Shown here: one piece after another, positions 30,902 through 41,074 of the stretch
How the letters are laid out: every line of letters begins with the position of its first letter
Position numbering within the stretch: the stretch's first letter is position 1
Assembly: GCA_963785235.1 (NCBI GenBank)
Contig: CAWAUM010000010.1
Location: 128,001-192,000 of the forward strand
DNA from: an uncultured delta proteobacterium
GTDB taxonomy: Bacteria > Desulfobacterota > Desulfomonilia > UBA1062
Reading direction: 5' to 3'
DNA: 64,000 nt
The notes under the pieces: model-generated
The model's database searches: none
What the model was told of the DNA's origin: nothing
What the model saw: only the letters and a program-made list of their open reading frames with translations
Made by a program: the position numbers and the translations under genes

Positions 30902-32626
30902 TTTCCACCTCCGATGGCACTTACGCTGCAGAGGTCTGCGCATACATTACAACCCACACAAGCCTCGTTAATATGCGCCTTCTCGTCTTTGAATTCAAGA
31001 GCCGGACAACCCAGCGTAATGCACACCTTGCAGCCCGTGCACTTGCCGGCATCCACGTATAAAGGTATGCCCGGAACCCCCTTTGCCTTGAGCAGGACAC
31101 ACGGGGCCTTTGAGATGATGACCGAGGGACCGCTCGGAGGCCAGGGCCTCTTTTACGGTCTGCCTCGCCCCTTTGACATCGTAGGGGTTGATGGTCTTTA
31201 CCCACTCGATACCGAGCGCCTTCACCAGGCCTTCAAGGTCTATCGTGGTGTTTTTCTGCCCCTCAATGGTGACGCCTGTACCCGGGTGGTTCTGTGCCCC
31301 GGTCATGGCCGTGGTCCGGTTGTCCAGGATCACGATCAATGCCGCGCCCCGGTTATACGCGAGGTTTAATAGACCCGTGATGCCGGAATGGTAGAAGGTG
31401 GAATCGCCTATGACCGCAGTGAGCTTTTCCTTGCCCGGTCCGAACACCTTTGACATGCCGTGGGCGTGGTTGATGCCTGCGCCCATGCACAGGCACGTGT
31501 CAATGGCATCCAGCGGCGGTAAAAAGCCCAGGGTGTAGCAGCCGATATCACCGGCGATGAATGTTTTATTCCGCCGCAGTGCCCATAACATGCTGCGGTG
31601 AGGGCAACCCGGGCACATGGAAGGCGGCCTTCCGGGCAGCGCTGGTTGGGCGGGCTTCACCACAGGCTCGCCTGAGATGGCGGCCTTGATGATGTCCGGG
31701 TTCAGCTCCCCGCACATGGATATACGGTCTTTGCCATGACAGGAAAGACCTAAGGCCTTTACCTGATCTTCCATAAAAGGATCCAGCTCTTCCACGACCC
31801 ACAACTCTTTCACCTTGGAAGCGAAATCCTTAACCATCTCATCCGGGAAGGGGTACGGCATGCCGAGCTTCAGATAGGAGGCCTTGGGGAAGGCCTCTTT
31901 TGCATATTGATACGCCACCCCTGATGAGATGATTCCCAGCCCTGTGTCGGCAATCTCCATACGGTTCATGTCAGAGGTGTTGGACAGTTTCTTCAGGGCA
32001 AGGATGCGCTCTTCAATGACAGGGTGACGACGCCTGGCATTTGCAGGCAGCATGACCCACTCGGCCGGGTGCCGTTCCAGGCTGGGGATTTTTTGTGCCA
32101 AGGGCTCGGACAGCTCCACAATACCCATGGAGTGTGCGATCCGTGTGGTGGTGCGCACCATGACGGGAGTGCCGAATTCCTCGCTGATGGCAAAGGCCTC
32201 CCTTGTGAAATCCTTTGCCTCCTGCGAACTTGAAGGCTCAAGCATGGCGATCTTGGCAAACCTGGCATAATGCCGGTTGTCCTGCTCATTCTGGGAGGAG
32301 AACAACTCGGGGTCATCCGCGCTGATGAGCACTATACCACCTCGTATAAGGGTATATGGCAATGTCATGAGCGGGTCTGCCGCCACATTCACCCCTACAT
32401 GCTTCATGACTGCCAATGCCCGTGCGCCTGTGTACGATGCACCCACAGCCACTTCCAGGGCAACCTTCTCGTTGGGCGCCCATTCGGAATGGATGTCTTT
32501 GTATTCTTTTGCCATTGTTTCAAGGATCTCGGTGCTGGGTGTGCCGGGATATGCTGCGGCAAAAGAAATACCTGCCTCATACGCACCCCGTGCCACCGCC
32601 TCATTGCCGCTGAGGATCTTCTTCAT
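30898..32626 (-). CDS. iorA: Indolepyruvate:ferredoxin oxidoreductase alpha subunit (frameshifts near the 3' end)
   Basis: GNEAVARGA, YPGTPSTE, MKHVG, MCPGCPHR, GDIGCY, TPP motif GDSTF..LDN, C-terminal ferredoxin Cys motifs. Confidence 0.93.
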
Positions 32627-32652
32627 AGGTCATCCCTCTCCTGGCTCAAAAT

Positions 32653-32684
32653 AAAAAAAGGCCATGGGTTTTGCCCATGGCCTT
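32653..32684 (-). terminator. Attenuator intrinsic terminator upstream of iorA
   Basis: Minus strand AAGGCCATGGG-CAAAA-CCCATGGCC followed by T7, ending about 27 nt before the iorA ATG. Confidence 0.9.
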
Positions 32685-32710
32685 GTCTGTTAGCTTACCG
32701 GCAACCAGGC

Positions 32711-32779
32711 CTATGGGCAAACGCCCTTCCTAAAGTAAAAGCCGTAATAATAAGCCCGGGTTGCTGTCTTTTCGAACAT
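32711..32779 (-). CDS. Tyr/Phe-rich attenuator leader peptide MFEKTATRAYYYGFYFRKGVCP
   Basis: Manual translation; 6 of 7 consecutive codons are Tyr/Phe; overlaps an antiterminator arm; TTGACA at 32815-32810 upstream. Confidence 0.85.
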   Translation of the reverse strand: MFEKTATRAYYYGFYFRKGVCP

Positions 32780-33138
32780 CGCTTTGTATTTCCACGTACA
32801 GGGGCTCTCTGTCAAGAGGTTTTTCAAGACTGATCAAAAGGCTTGAGTAAAGAAATCACCATGGCCATGGAATTGTTTTTTAAAGTTAGAGCCGCCAAGT
32901 GTCATGTCCTGGTAAACAAGGCATAGCCATTGAGGGGAAATTTATCTCGTTGGCCCCTTTTTATCTTATCCCGGCAATGTGATTTTACTGCATTTTATGA
33001 AGATGCAACTCACTATGGGCTTGCATTTCAAGCAGAATTATGCTAAATGATAGTATTCCGATTAAAACAGCATGGAAGATGACACGATCGGATGCTCTAT
33101 ACAGTATCATTTTAATGTGATGACGGGAGGGATACCCA

Positions 33139-34368
33139 ATGAAAAAAGCATCATGCCTGATTTTATTAATGGCCCTTTTTGTCAGTGCCTGCAGCACGAG
33201 CAATAACTCTGTTTCCCTTATACAGAATAAAGACTATCAGCATGCCCTCATGGAGATACTTCCCATTGCCGAGCAGGGAAATGCCCAAGCCCAGTATAAC
33301 CTTGGACTCATGTATATCAATGCATGGGGGGTGTCTCAGGATTTTCTCAAGTCAGCCAGATGGTTCCAGAAGGCAGCGGAAAACGGTAACGTGGATGCCC
33401 AGTTCAATCTGGGAATCATGTATTATAAAGGCATGGGAGTTACACGCAACTATGCCGAAGCTGCCAAATGGTTCACCGAGGCCTCGGAACAGGGTTATGT
33501 AAAGGCGCAGAGCAATCTCGGATTCATGTATTACAGGGGTCTGGGCGTCAAGCAGGACTATGGAAAGGCTGAAAAGTGGTACCGCAAGGCTGCAAATCAA
33601 GGTGATGTGGAGGCCCAAAGGCGCCTGGGAAATATCTATTATCATGGAAAGGATATAGCCCAGGATCTGAAAGAGGCTGCTCGTTGGTACCGCAAGGCCG
33701 CGGATCAAGGCAATGTTGAATCACAGAGCATTCTCGGAGACATCTACAGTAACGGAGCGGGTGTAGCAAAAAACTATGCAGAGGCCATCAAGTGGTACTC
33801 CCTGGCTGCCATACAGGGGAATACCCATTCCCAGAGCAGCCTTGGGTTTATTTATCTCAACGGCGAGGGCGTGCATCAAAATTTTTCCGATGCCGCCTAC
33901 TACTTCCGCATGGCTGCAGAGCAGGGTAATAACCTTTCACAGGGTTATGTCGGTTATTTCTATGACCACGGCCTGGGCGTGCCTCAGGACTATACTGAGG
34001 CAGCCAAGTGGTATCTCATGGCAGCCGAACAGGGTGATGCCGTCATTCAGTTCAACCTCGGCCTCCTGTACTCGAGCGGCAAGGGCGTCCAGCAAAACTA
34101 CGAAGAGGCTGCCAAGTGGTTTCAGAAGTCTGCAGAGCAAGGTTACGACAAGGCTTTGTACAACTTAGGGCTTCTGTACAGCAACGGCAACGGGGTACCA
34201 AAGGATTATATGCAGGCCTATTTATGTTTCAAACTCGCAGCTGAACAAGGTATTGAGACTGCAAACACCTATCTCGAAACCATGGCACAACAGATGACGC
34301 CCGCCCAGATTGCGCAGGCGCAGGAAATGGCAAAGGCATGGAAGCAGCCGGCAAGCTCTGCGAATTGA
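33139..34368 (+). CDS. Sel1-like repeat (TPR) lipoprotein
   Basis: Lipobox VSAC; about 9 tandem 36-aa repeats AQxNLGxMYxxGxGVxQDYxEAxKWYxKAAEQG. Confidence 0.93.
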   Translation: MKKASCLILLMALFVSACSTSNNSVSLIQNKDYQHALMEILPIAEQGNAQAQYNLGLMYINAWGVSQDFLKSARWFQKAAENGNVDAQFNLGIMYYKGMGVTRNYAEAAKWFTEASEQGYVKAQSNLGFMYYRGLGVKQDYGKAEKWYRKAANQGDVEAQRRLGNIYYHGKDIAQDLKEAARWYRKAADQGNVESQSILGDIYSNGAGVAKNYAEAIKWYSLAAIQGNTHSQSSLGFIYLNGEGVHQNFSDAAYYFRMAAEQGNNLSQGYVGYFYDHGLGVPQDYTEAAKWYLMAAEQGDAVIQFNLGLLYSSGKGVQQNYEEAAKWFQKSAEQGYDKALYNLGLLYSNGNGVPKDYMQAYLCFKLAAEQGIETANTYLETMAQQMTPAQIAQAQEMAKAWKQPASSAN

Positions 34369-34542
34369 GGAACTCAAAAACGTTCATTTATCGAGATCTA
34401 TTGTATGTATTAAATATTTTTCTCTGGCCCTAGGTTCCCTTCCTGTGCCGGAAACGATACCTGAGATTTTTCAACAACCCATTTTTCAACAACCCATATT
34501 AATGATGGATTCCTTTGAAAGCATCCCCTATATGATTAATGC

Positions 34543-35151
34543 ATGAACAGGATACTGATTCTCTTTGCACATCCACGTTATGAGAAGTCCCGGATCAACC
34601 GGTCCCTGCTGGCACAACTCGCAGGGTCAGAGGGTATCACCACCCATGACTTGTATGAGCTGTATCCGGATTTCAATATTGATGTGGAGCGCGAGAAAAG
34701 CCTGCTGCTGGAACATGACATCATCATCTGGCAGCACCCTTTCTACATGTACAGCGCACCGGCCATCATCAAGCAGTGGATCGACATGGTACTTGAATTC
34801 GGATGGGCGCATGGGGCAGGGGTTGACAATCTCAAGGGCAAGATCGCCTTCAATACCATCACCGCAGGCGGCACAAGGGAATCATATGACAGGGTCGGAT
34901 TCAACCGCTATACCATGCAAGAGTTCCTCTATCCCTTTGAACAGACCGCCAGGCTCTGCAAGATGCATTACCTGCCCCCCTTTGCGGTACAGGGGACATA
35001 CCGCCTAAGCAATGCAGAGCTCTCGGGGTACGCAGCATTGTATAAAGCCATGCTTACGTTCCTCTCCCATTGTGATTTTTCCGAAGACATGCATTTACAC
35101 CCCTACCTCAATGACTGGTTCCTGGAAAAACAGGAGAAAAAGGGACCATGA
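34543..35151 (+). CDS. KefF/KefG-type NAD(P)H oxidoreductase (flavodoxin-like)
   Basis: LFAHP, DLYELYPDFNIDV, QHPFYMYSAP, FEQTARLC; overlaps the downstream CPA2 gene. Confidence 0.9.
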   Translation: MNRILILFAHPRYEKSRINRSLLAQLAGSEGITTHDLYELYPDFNIDVEREKSLLLEHDIIIWQHPFYMYSAPAIIKQWIDMVLEFGWAHGAGVDNLKGKIAFNTITAGGTRESYDRVGFNRYTMQEFLYPFEQTARLCKMHYLPPFAVQGTYRLSNAELSGYAALYKAMLTFLSHCDFSEDMHLHPYLNDWFLEKQEKKGP

Positions 35152-37019
35152 CCGCCGGCTTTCTTCCCCAGGCACTGGTCTACCTGACGGCTGCCATTAT
35201 CTGCGTACCGGTTACCAAGCGTCTCGGCATGGGGTCGGTCCTGGGGTATCTCCTGGCAGGCATGCTCATAGGGCCGTATTTTCTCGGGTTCGTAGGCGCC
35301 GAAGGCCAGGACATCATGCACTTTGCCGAGTTCGGGGTAGTCATGATGCTCTTTCTCATCGGCCTTGAGCTTGAACCCTCCCACTTCTGGCCCATGCGAA
35401 GCCGCATCCTGGGCATGGGCACCGTGCAGGTCTCTGCCACGACACTGCCGGCAGCTGCAGGACTTATGCTTCTGGGCTTTTCATGGCAGGCAGCCCTTGC
35501 CTCAGGCCTTGCCATAGCAATGTCTTCAACAGCCATCGTTCTCCAGTCCATGAAGGAAAAGGGCCTGGGAGACACCAATGCAGGAAAGAGCTCTTTTTCC
35601 GTTCTCCTGTTTCAGGACATCACCGTGATACCTGTACTGGCTTTTCTTCCGCTGCTTGCAACCACTACCATACACAGCGATACAGGTCACTCCCTGCAGA
35701 TGCTCGAAGGGTTGCCGGGCTGGCTCCAGGCAGCGGCGGTCCTGGGGGCAGTCTCGTTCGTGGTCCTTGCCGGACGCTTTATCATCGTTCCTTTCCTGAG
35801 ACTCATGGCTCTCACCAACCTCAGGGAGCTTCTTACTGCTGGTGCCCTGCTCATCATTATCGCCACGGCCGGCCTCATGCAGCTGGTGGGCCTGAGCCCG
35901 GCCCTTGGCACCTTCCTGGCAGGGGTAGTCCTTGCCAACAGCGAGTTCAGACACGAACTTGAAAGCGACATCGAGCCTTTCAAGGGCCTTCTCCTGGGAC
36001 TTTTTTTCATAGCAGTCGGCGCGTCCATCAATTTCAGGCTCATTGTGGATTCGCCGTTTCAGATCCTGTCCCTGGTCTTCCTCATCATTGCCTTGAAGAC
36101 CATCATACTCATGGCAACCGGCAGGTTCTTCAAGCTCTCCTTTGACCAGAACCTCATCTTTGCCCTCGGGTTGTCCCAGGTGGGAGAATTCGCCTTTGTG
36201 CTCTTTGCCTTCATACACCAACTGGGCATCCTGTCTCCTCACTGGACAGACATTATGATGGCTGTAACCGCACTCAGCATGACCGTTACCCCTTTTCTGC
36301 TCTTCATCAATGAGCACTTCATCCTCCGTCATTTCGGTACCCTGGAGGTCCAGAAGATACAAGCAGCAGATGCCATCGATGTCCAGCATCCGGTCATCAT
36401 TGCCGGGTTCGGCGATTTCGGCAGCACCATCGGCCGTTTCTTAAGGGCGAACGGCATCGAGGCAACGATCCTGGATAACGATTCCGACCGGGTAGACCTG
36501 CTGAGAAAAATGGGGTTCAAGGTTTTTTACGGTGATGCCACCAGGTTCGATATCCTCAAATCAGCAGGCGCTGAAGAAGCAAAGATACTCATTGCAGCAA
36601 TCTCGGATCCGTCCACTCACCATGAGCTCATTGACCGGCTGCAGAAGCACTTTCCGGATTTAAAGCTCATGGTCAGGGTAAAGGACAGGGCCGAGGCCTA
36701 TGATTTGATCGACCTTGGACTGGGTGATGTGTATCGTGAATCACTCGACACATCGGTAAGACTCGGAGTGGATGTACTCATAAAGCTTGGACACAGAAGG
36801 TACAGCGCAACCCGGGCAGGCCAGAACTTCTTAAAGAACGACGAGGCAGCTCTGACAAAACTGGCCCCGCACCGCCATGATGAAAAGTCATACATATTCA
36901 ACGCCCGTGAGCAGATCCGCCTGCAGGAGCAGCTCCTGGCCGATGACCGCAACGCGAACCCGGCACTCAACGATCATGCCTGGGAGAACGACCGGTACAT
37001 GGACGAGCAGGAAAAATAA
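35148..37019 (+). CDS. KefB/KefC-type K+ efflux monovalent cation:proton antiporter-2
   Basis: FAEFGVVMMLFLIGLEL, LLFQD, EFRHELESDIEPFKGLLLGLFF, KTN domain with FYGDATR. Confidence 0.93.
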   Translation: MTAGFLPQALVYLTAAIICVPVTKRLGMGSVLGYLLAGMLIGPYFLGFVGAEGQDIMHFAEFGVVMMLFLIGLELEPSHFWPMRSRILGMGTVQVSATTLPAAAGLMLLGFSWQAALASGLAIAMSSTAIVLQSMKEKGLGDTNAGKSSFSVLLFQDITVIPVLAFLPLLATTTIHSDTGHSLQMLEGLPGWLQAAAVLGAVSFVVLAGRFIIVPFLRLMALTNLRELLTAGALLIIIATAGLMQLVGLSPALGTFLAGVVLANSEFRHELESDIEPFKGLLLGLFFIAVGASINFRLIVDSPFQILSLVFLIIALKTIILMATGRFFKLSFDQNLIFALGLSQVGEFAFVLFAFIHQLGILSPHWTDIMMAVTALSMTVTPFLLFINEHFILRHFGTLEVQKIQAADAIDVQHPVIIAGFGDFGSTIGRFLRANGIEATILDNDSDRVDLLRKMGFKVFYGDATRFDILKSAGAEEAKILIAAISDPSTHHELIDRLQKHFPDLKLMVRVKDRAEAYDLIDLGLGDVYRESLDTSVRLGVDVLIKLGHRRYSATRAGQNFLKNDEAALTKLAPHRHDEKSYIFNAREQIRLQEQLLADDRNANPALNDHAWENDRYMDEQEK

Positions 37020-37653
37020 CCCGATAGAACGGGAAACTGTAGATACTCAAACCCTATCAGCCTGCCCGGGCCATTATTTCCCTGGAAAGTCCGGTGATTG
37101 ATGTAAGCAGGATTCTAAAGGATCTGTACTCGATTAATAACGATTACCTTGTCTGAAAATAATAACCAGGATAGCCCAATGTACTATCGATGTTCATGTT
37201 TACACTAACCTGATGAGGACAAGACAAGAGAACGGCATCAGAGACACCATCCATTGCCCACAGGTATTCAGGTATCCACAGAGATGTCACGGCAGCCAAA
37301 ATAATCAACACTCTCTTCATAACTAGCTTCCTCTTATGTGTATGTGGCCGTCAAAATCGTTCCCCTGAAATCTCATTGGGTAATAAAATGGACTATCAAA
37401 ATAAAGTGATCATTTTCTATTAGTAGAGCAAAAAACATGCCCCACAATATTGATCATACTATTATAGTGTTATGAATTAATCATGGGAAGTTCACCGCTG
37501 AATAGTGGCAATAGTTTTCCCTTTCATGAGACAAATAATTGGAATTTTTCAGCAGGATCTCATTTACTACCTCTTTTATCCATTTATAATGATCCTTGAC
37601 ATGAACAGTCGAGTTCTTATAGCCTCCCAAATCCTGGAGAAGGATTGATCCGT

Positions 37654-38736
37654 ATGAGCATGATTGAGGCATGGATCGCATTAGACCTCTTGCCGGCCAT
37701 TGGCCCAAGAACAGCGCAGAGGCTCATTCAGATCTATGGGAAACCTGAAACCATCCTGGCCAAGCCGGTCTCTGAACTCAAAAACTTGAGTCTCCTGAAT
37801 AAGGCACAGCTCGATTCCCTTGCAAACGGTCCTGATTATAAGCGGGTGAAGGAGGTGCTGTGCAAACTCGATTCCCTAGGAGCCTATGCCGTTTGCATGG
37901 ATGACCCTGCCTATCCGCCACTACTGAAAGAGATCGATGATCCTCCGAGCGTGCTCTATATCAAGGGCAGCCTTGATGATTTACAACCCGCTGTAGCCAT
38001 TGTGGGCACACGATATCCTTCCCATTATGGAAAGGATATGGCCTTCAGACTTGCGCAGAGCTTGAGTGTCCAGGGCATCTCCATTATATCGGGGCTTGCC
38101 CGCGGCATAGATGGGCAGGCGCACCTTGGTGCGTTGGATGGTATTGCCCAGACTGTTGCCGTGCTGGGCTGTGGCATTGATGTTATCTACCCCCCTGAAC
38201 ACGCTAAACTATTCGAGAGCATAACAGCCAAAGGCGCCGTCATTACGGAACTCCCTCCGGGAACCAGCCCTGACGCCAAGAATTTTCCCAGGCGGAACCG
38301 TATTATTTCAGGCCTGTGCCAGGGTGTGATTGTTGTAGAGGCGACCCTGAGGTCCGGGGCCATGATCACGTCGCGATATGCCCTTGAACAGGGCAAACTC
38401 ATCATGGCTGTCCCGGGCAACGTTACGAATCCACGCTCACAGGGCACGCACCAACTAATCCGCCAGGGCGCGGTCCTTATCCGGGACGCAGATGACGTGC
38501 TGGCTGAGATTGCACCCCAGATTACGGGCCTACTCGATAAATGTAAACCGTCCTTGACAGGAACCGATGTTATTCTTACCCTGGTGGCTGCATCACCATT
38601 GAGTATCGATGATATCGCTATTCAACTCAATATAGATATTATGGAAGCAAGCCGAAGGGTCAGTATGCTCGAACTCACCGGGGCTGTAGAACGGATTGAA
38701 GGAAATAGATACGCATTAAGGAGCATGAATGGCTAA
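37654..38736 (+). CDS. dprA: DNA-protecting protein DprA
   Basis: YPPLLKEIDDPP, AIVGTR, SGLARGIDG, FPRRNRIISG; start approximate. Confidence 0.95.
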   Translation: MSMIEAWIALDLLPAIGPRTAQRLIQIYGKPETILAKPVSELKNLSLLNKAQLDSLANGPDYKRVKEVLCKLDSLGAYAVCMDDPAYPPLLKEIDDPPSVLYIKGSLDDLQPAVAIVGTRYPSHYGKDMAFRLAQSLSVQGISIISGLARGIDGQAHLGALDGIAQTVAVLGCGIDVIYPPEHAKLFESITAKGAVITELPPGTSPDAKNFPRRNRIISGLCQGVIVVEATLRSGAMITSRYALEQGKLIMAVPGNVTNPRSQGTHQLIRQGAVLIRDADDVLAEIAPQITGLLDKCKPSLTGTDVILTLVAASPLSIDDIAIQLNIDIMEASRRVSMLELTGAVERIEGNRYALRSMNG

Positions 38737-41074
38737 ATCTCTGGTAATTGTAGAATCACCCGCTAAGGCAAGGACCATCAAGCGATACCTTGGAAAAGGC
38801 TTCGAGGTGGAGGCCACCATGGGTCACATCAAGGACCTGCCCAAAAACAAGATCAACATAGACATGGAGAACGGCTTTCTGCCGGCATACAAGGTGATAC
38901 CGGCCAAGCGTGATGTAGTGAAGAAGATAAAAAGCCTGGCGGATAAGGCCGATAACGTCTATCTCGCATCCGACCCTGACCGCGAGGGCGAGGCTATTGC
39001 ATGGCATGTTGCAGAAGAGATCAAGAAGCCCGATTCGGCTGTTTATCGCATCACCTTCCATGAAATTACCAAAAAGGCCATTGATGAAGCCCTGAAAAGC
39101 CCCAAGGAGCTGAACCACCAGCTCTATGATGCCCAGATGGCCAGAAGGTCCATGGACCGGATCGTGGGATACACCATGAGCCCGTTGTTGTGGAAGAATG
39201 TCAAGCGGGGCCTTTCCGGAGGCAGGGTGCAATCCGTAGCGCTTCGGCTCATATGCATGCGCCAGGAGGAGATCGAGTCCTTTGTTGCAAGGGAGTATTG
39301 GACCGTGGAGGCACTGCTCATGACACCTGCAGGCGATACCTTTATTGCCAAGGTAGTCATACCCAAGGAGATGCCGGATGACCGGAGCGCACTTGAGGTT
39401 CTTGAAAAGATCAATTCCGCCCCTGCCATCACCATCCAAAAGATAACACGGCAGGTGCGTACAAAGAATCCGCTCCCACCGTTTATCACATCGACCCTTC
39501 AGCAGGCGGCATCGTCGCGCCTGAGGTATTCAGCCAAAAAGACCATGATGCTCTCACAGCAGCTCTATGAGGGTCTGCCCATTGGAGGAGACGAAATAAC
39601 AGGTCTCATCACCTATATGCGAACAGATTCCCCGGTCATCTCGGAAGAGGCTATAGGCGAGGTGAGGCAATTCATTCCCCAGACCTTCGGGAATCCTTAT
39701 CTGCCGGAAAAGCCCAGGCGTTACAAGGCAAAGAAGTCCGCCCAGGAGGCCCACGAGGCCATCAGGCCCACGAGCCTTGCAAACACACCGGAATCCTTAC
39801 GGCCATACCTGAATGACGACCAGTTCGCCATCTATGACCTTATCTGGAAGCGCTTCATTGCATCCCAGATGAACAGCGCCACCTTTGATCAGACAAGTGT
39901 GGATATCTCTGCGGGCGATGTGGGCCTGAGGTCAACTGGCTCGATCATGACCTTTGACGGCTTCCTGAAAATCTATGATACCAACGGCGATGAAGATGAA
40001 AGCAGGCTTCCCGATTCCTTCAAGGAAGGAGACACCCTCAGGCTACAGAAGGTGGATAAGGCGCAGCATTTCACTCAGCCTCCCCCACGCTATACCGAAG
40101 CCGGCCTCATAAAGGAGCTTGAAGACAAGGGTATCGGCAGGCCGAGCACCTATGCCCCCACCATCTCCACCATCGTTGACAGGGGTTATGTAAGAATGGA
40201 GGCACGTTCCTTTATACCCACGGAACTTGGAAGGGATGTGAACACCCTGCTGGTAAAACATTATCCCCATATCCTCGATATCGGCTTTACTGCAAAGATG
40301 GAAGACTCCCTGGACCTCATTGAGGATGGCCAGGAGGCTTATGCAAAGGTAATGTCCGACTTCTACAAAACCTATAATACCGAGCATGAAAGCGCGCTGG
40401 TGAACATGGAAAACCTCAAGGCAGAGCTGCGGCCGTCGGGTTTGATGTGCCAGGTCTGTGGTAAGGAGATGCTCATAAAGCTCGGTAAAAACGGTTATTT
40501 TCTCGGTTGCGCAGGCTACCCGGACTGTACCAGCACCCAGGAGTACACCCGCGACGAATCAGGAAATATCCGTGCCGCTGAGGCAATAAAGGCCGAAGAG
40601 ACAGGGGAAGTCTGCGAGAAATGCGGCTCTCCCATGGTAATGAAACGCGGCAGGTTCGGACCGTTCATGGCCTGCAGCAACTACCCGGAATGCAAGAACA
40701 CCAAGCGCATCACCTTGGCGCCTGAACCCACCGATCGTATATGCGACAAGTGCGGGTCACAGATGGTTATACGCCATGGCCGTTTCGGTCCTTTCCTGGC
40801 GTGTGGCTCATATCCCACATGTAAAAACATCATGCCCTACCCCCTGGGCGTCAAGTGCGCCATGCCCGGATGCAAGGGAGAGATTGTCCAACAACGCTCA
40901 AAGAAGGGAAAGTCGTTCTATTCCTGCTCCGAAAAGGAATGCAAATTCATCAGCTGGACCAAACCCGTAATCAAGGAATGCTCAGGCTGCAGTGCAGGCT
41001 TCCTCGTAAAGAAAGGGACCAAGCTGATCTGCCCGAACCCTGAGTGCACGTACAGCGAAGATGTCCTTTCCTAG
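38729..41074 (+). CDS. topA: DNA topoisomerase I
   Basis: LVIVESPAKA, DPDREGE, GRVQS, ITYMRTDS, AHEAIRPT, C-terminal zinc ribbons. Confidence 0.97.
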   Translation: MAKSLVIVESPAKARTIKRYLGKGFEVEATMGHIKDLPKNKINIDMENGFLPAYKVIPAKRDVVKKIKSLADKADNVYLASDPDREGEAIAWHVAEEIKKPDSAVYRITFHEITKKAIDEALKSPKELNHQLYDAQMARRSMDRIVGYTMSPLLWKNVKRGLSGGRVQSVALRLICMRQEEIESFVAREYWTVEALLMTPAGDTFIAKVVIPKEMPDDRSALEVLEKINSAPAITIQKITRQVRTKNPLPPFITSTLQQAASSRLRYSAKKTMMLSQQLYEGLPIGGDEITGLITYMRTDSPVISEEAIGEVRQFIPQTFGNPYLPEKPRRYKAKKSAQEAHEAIRPTSLANTPESLRPYLNDDQFAIYDLIWKRFIASQMNSATFDQTSVDISAGDVGLRSTGSIMTFDGFLKIYDTNGDEDESRLPDSFKEGDTLRLQKVDKAQHFTQPPPRYTEAGLIKELEDKGIGRPSTYAPTISTIVDRGYVRMEARSFIPTELGRDVNTLLVKHYPHILDIGFTAKMEDSLDLIEDGQEAYAKVMSDFYKTYNTEHESALVNMENLKAELRPSGLMCQVCGKEMLIKLGKNGYFLGCAGYPDCTSTQEYTRDESGNIRAAEAIKAEETGEVCEKCGSPMVMKRGRFGPFMACSNYPECKNTKRITLAPEPTDRICDKCGSQMVIRHGRFGPFLACGSYPTCKNIMPYPLGVKCAMPGCKGEIVQQRSKKGKSFYSCSEKECKFISWTKPVIKECSGCSAGFLVKKGTKLICPNPECTYSEDVLS

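Noticed and set aside
22857-31200. Programmed frameshifting or phase variation in the ior/liv operon
   Set aside because: Too many indels, with no consistent slippery sites or long homopolymer/SSR tracts; sequencing error is more parsimonious
33270-34250. 108-nt periodic repeats resembling an array
   Set aside because: These are coding Sel1 repeats, degenerate at DNA level; not CRISPR
37020-37640. Long AT-rich intergenic region (also 19310-19840)
   Set aside because: No convincing ORF, RNA motif or repeat found by eye
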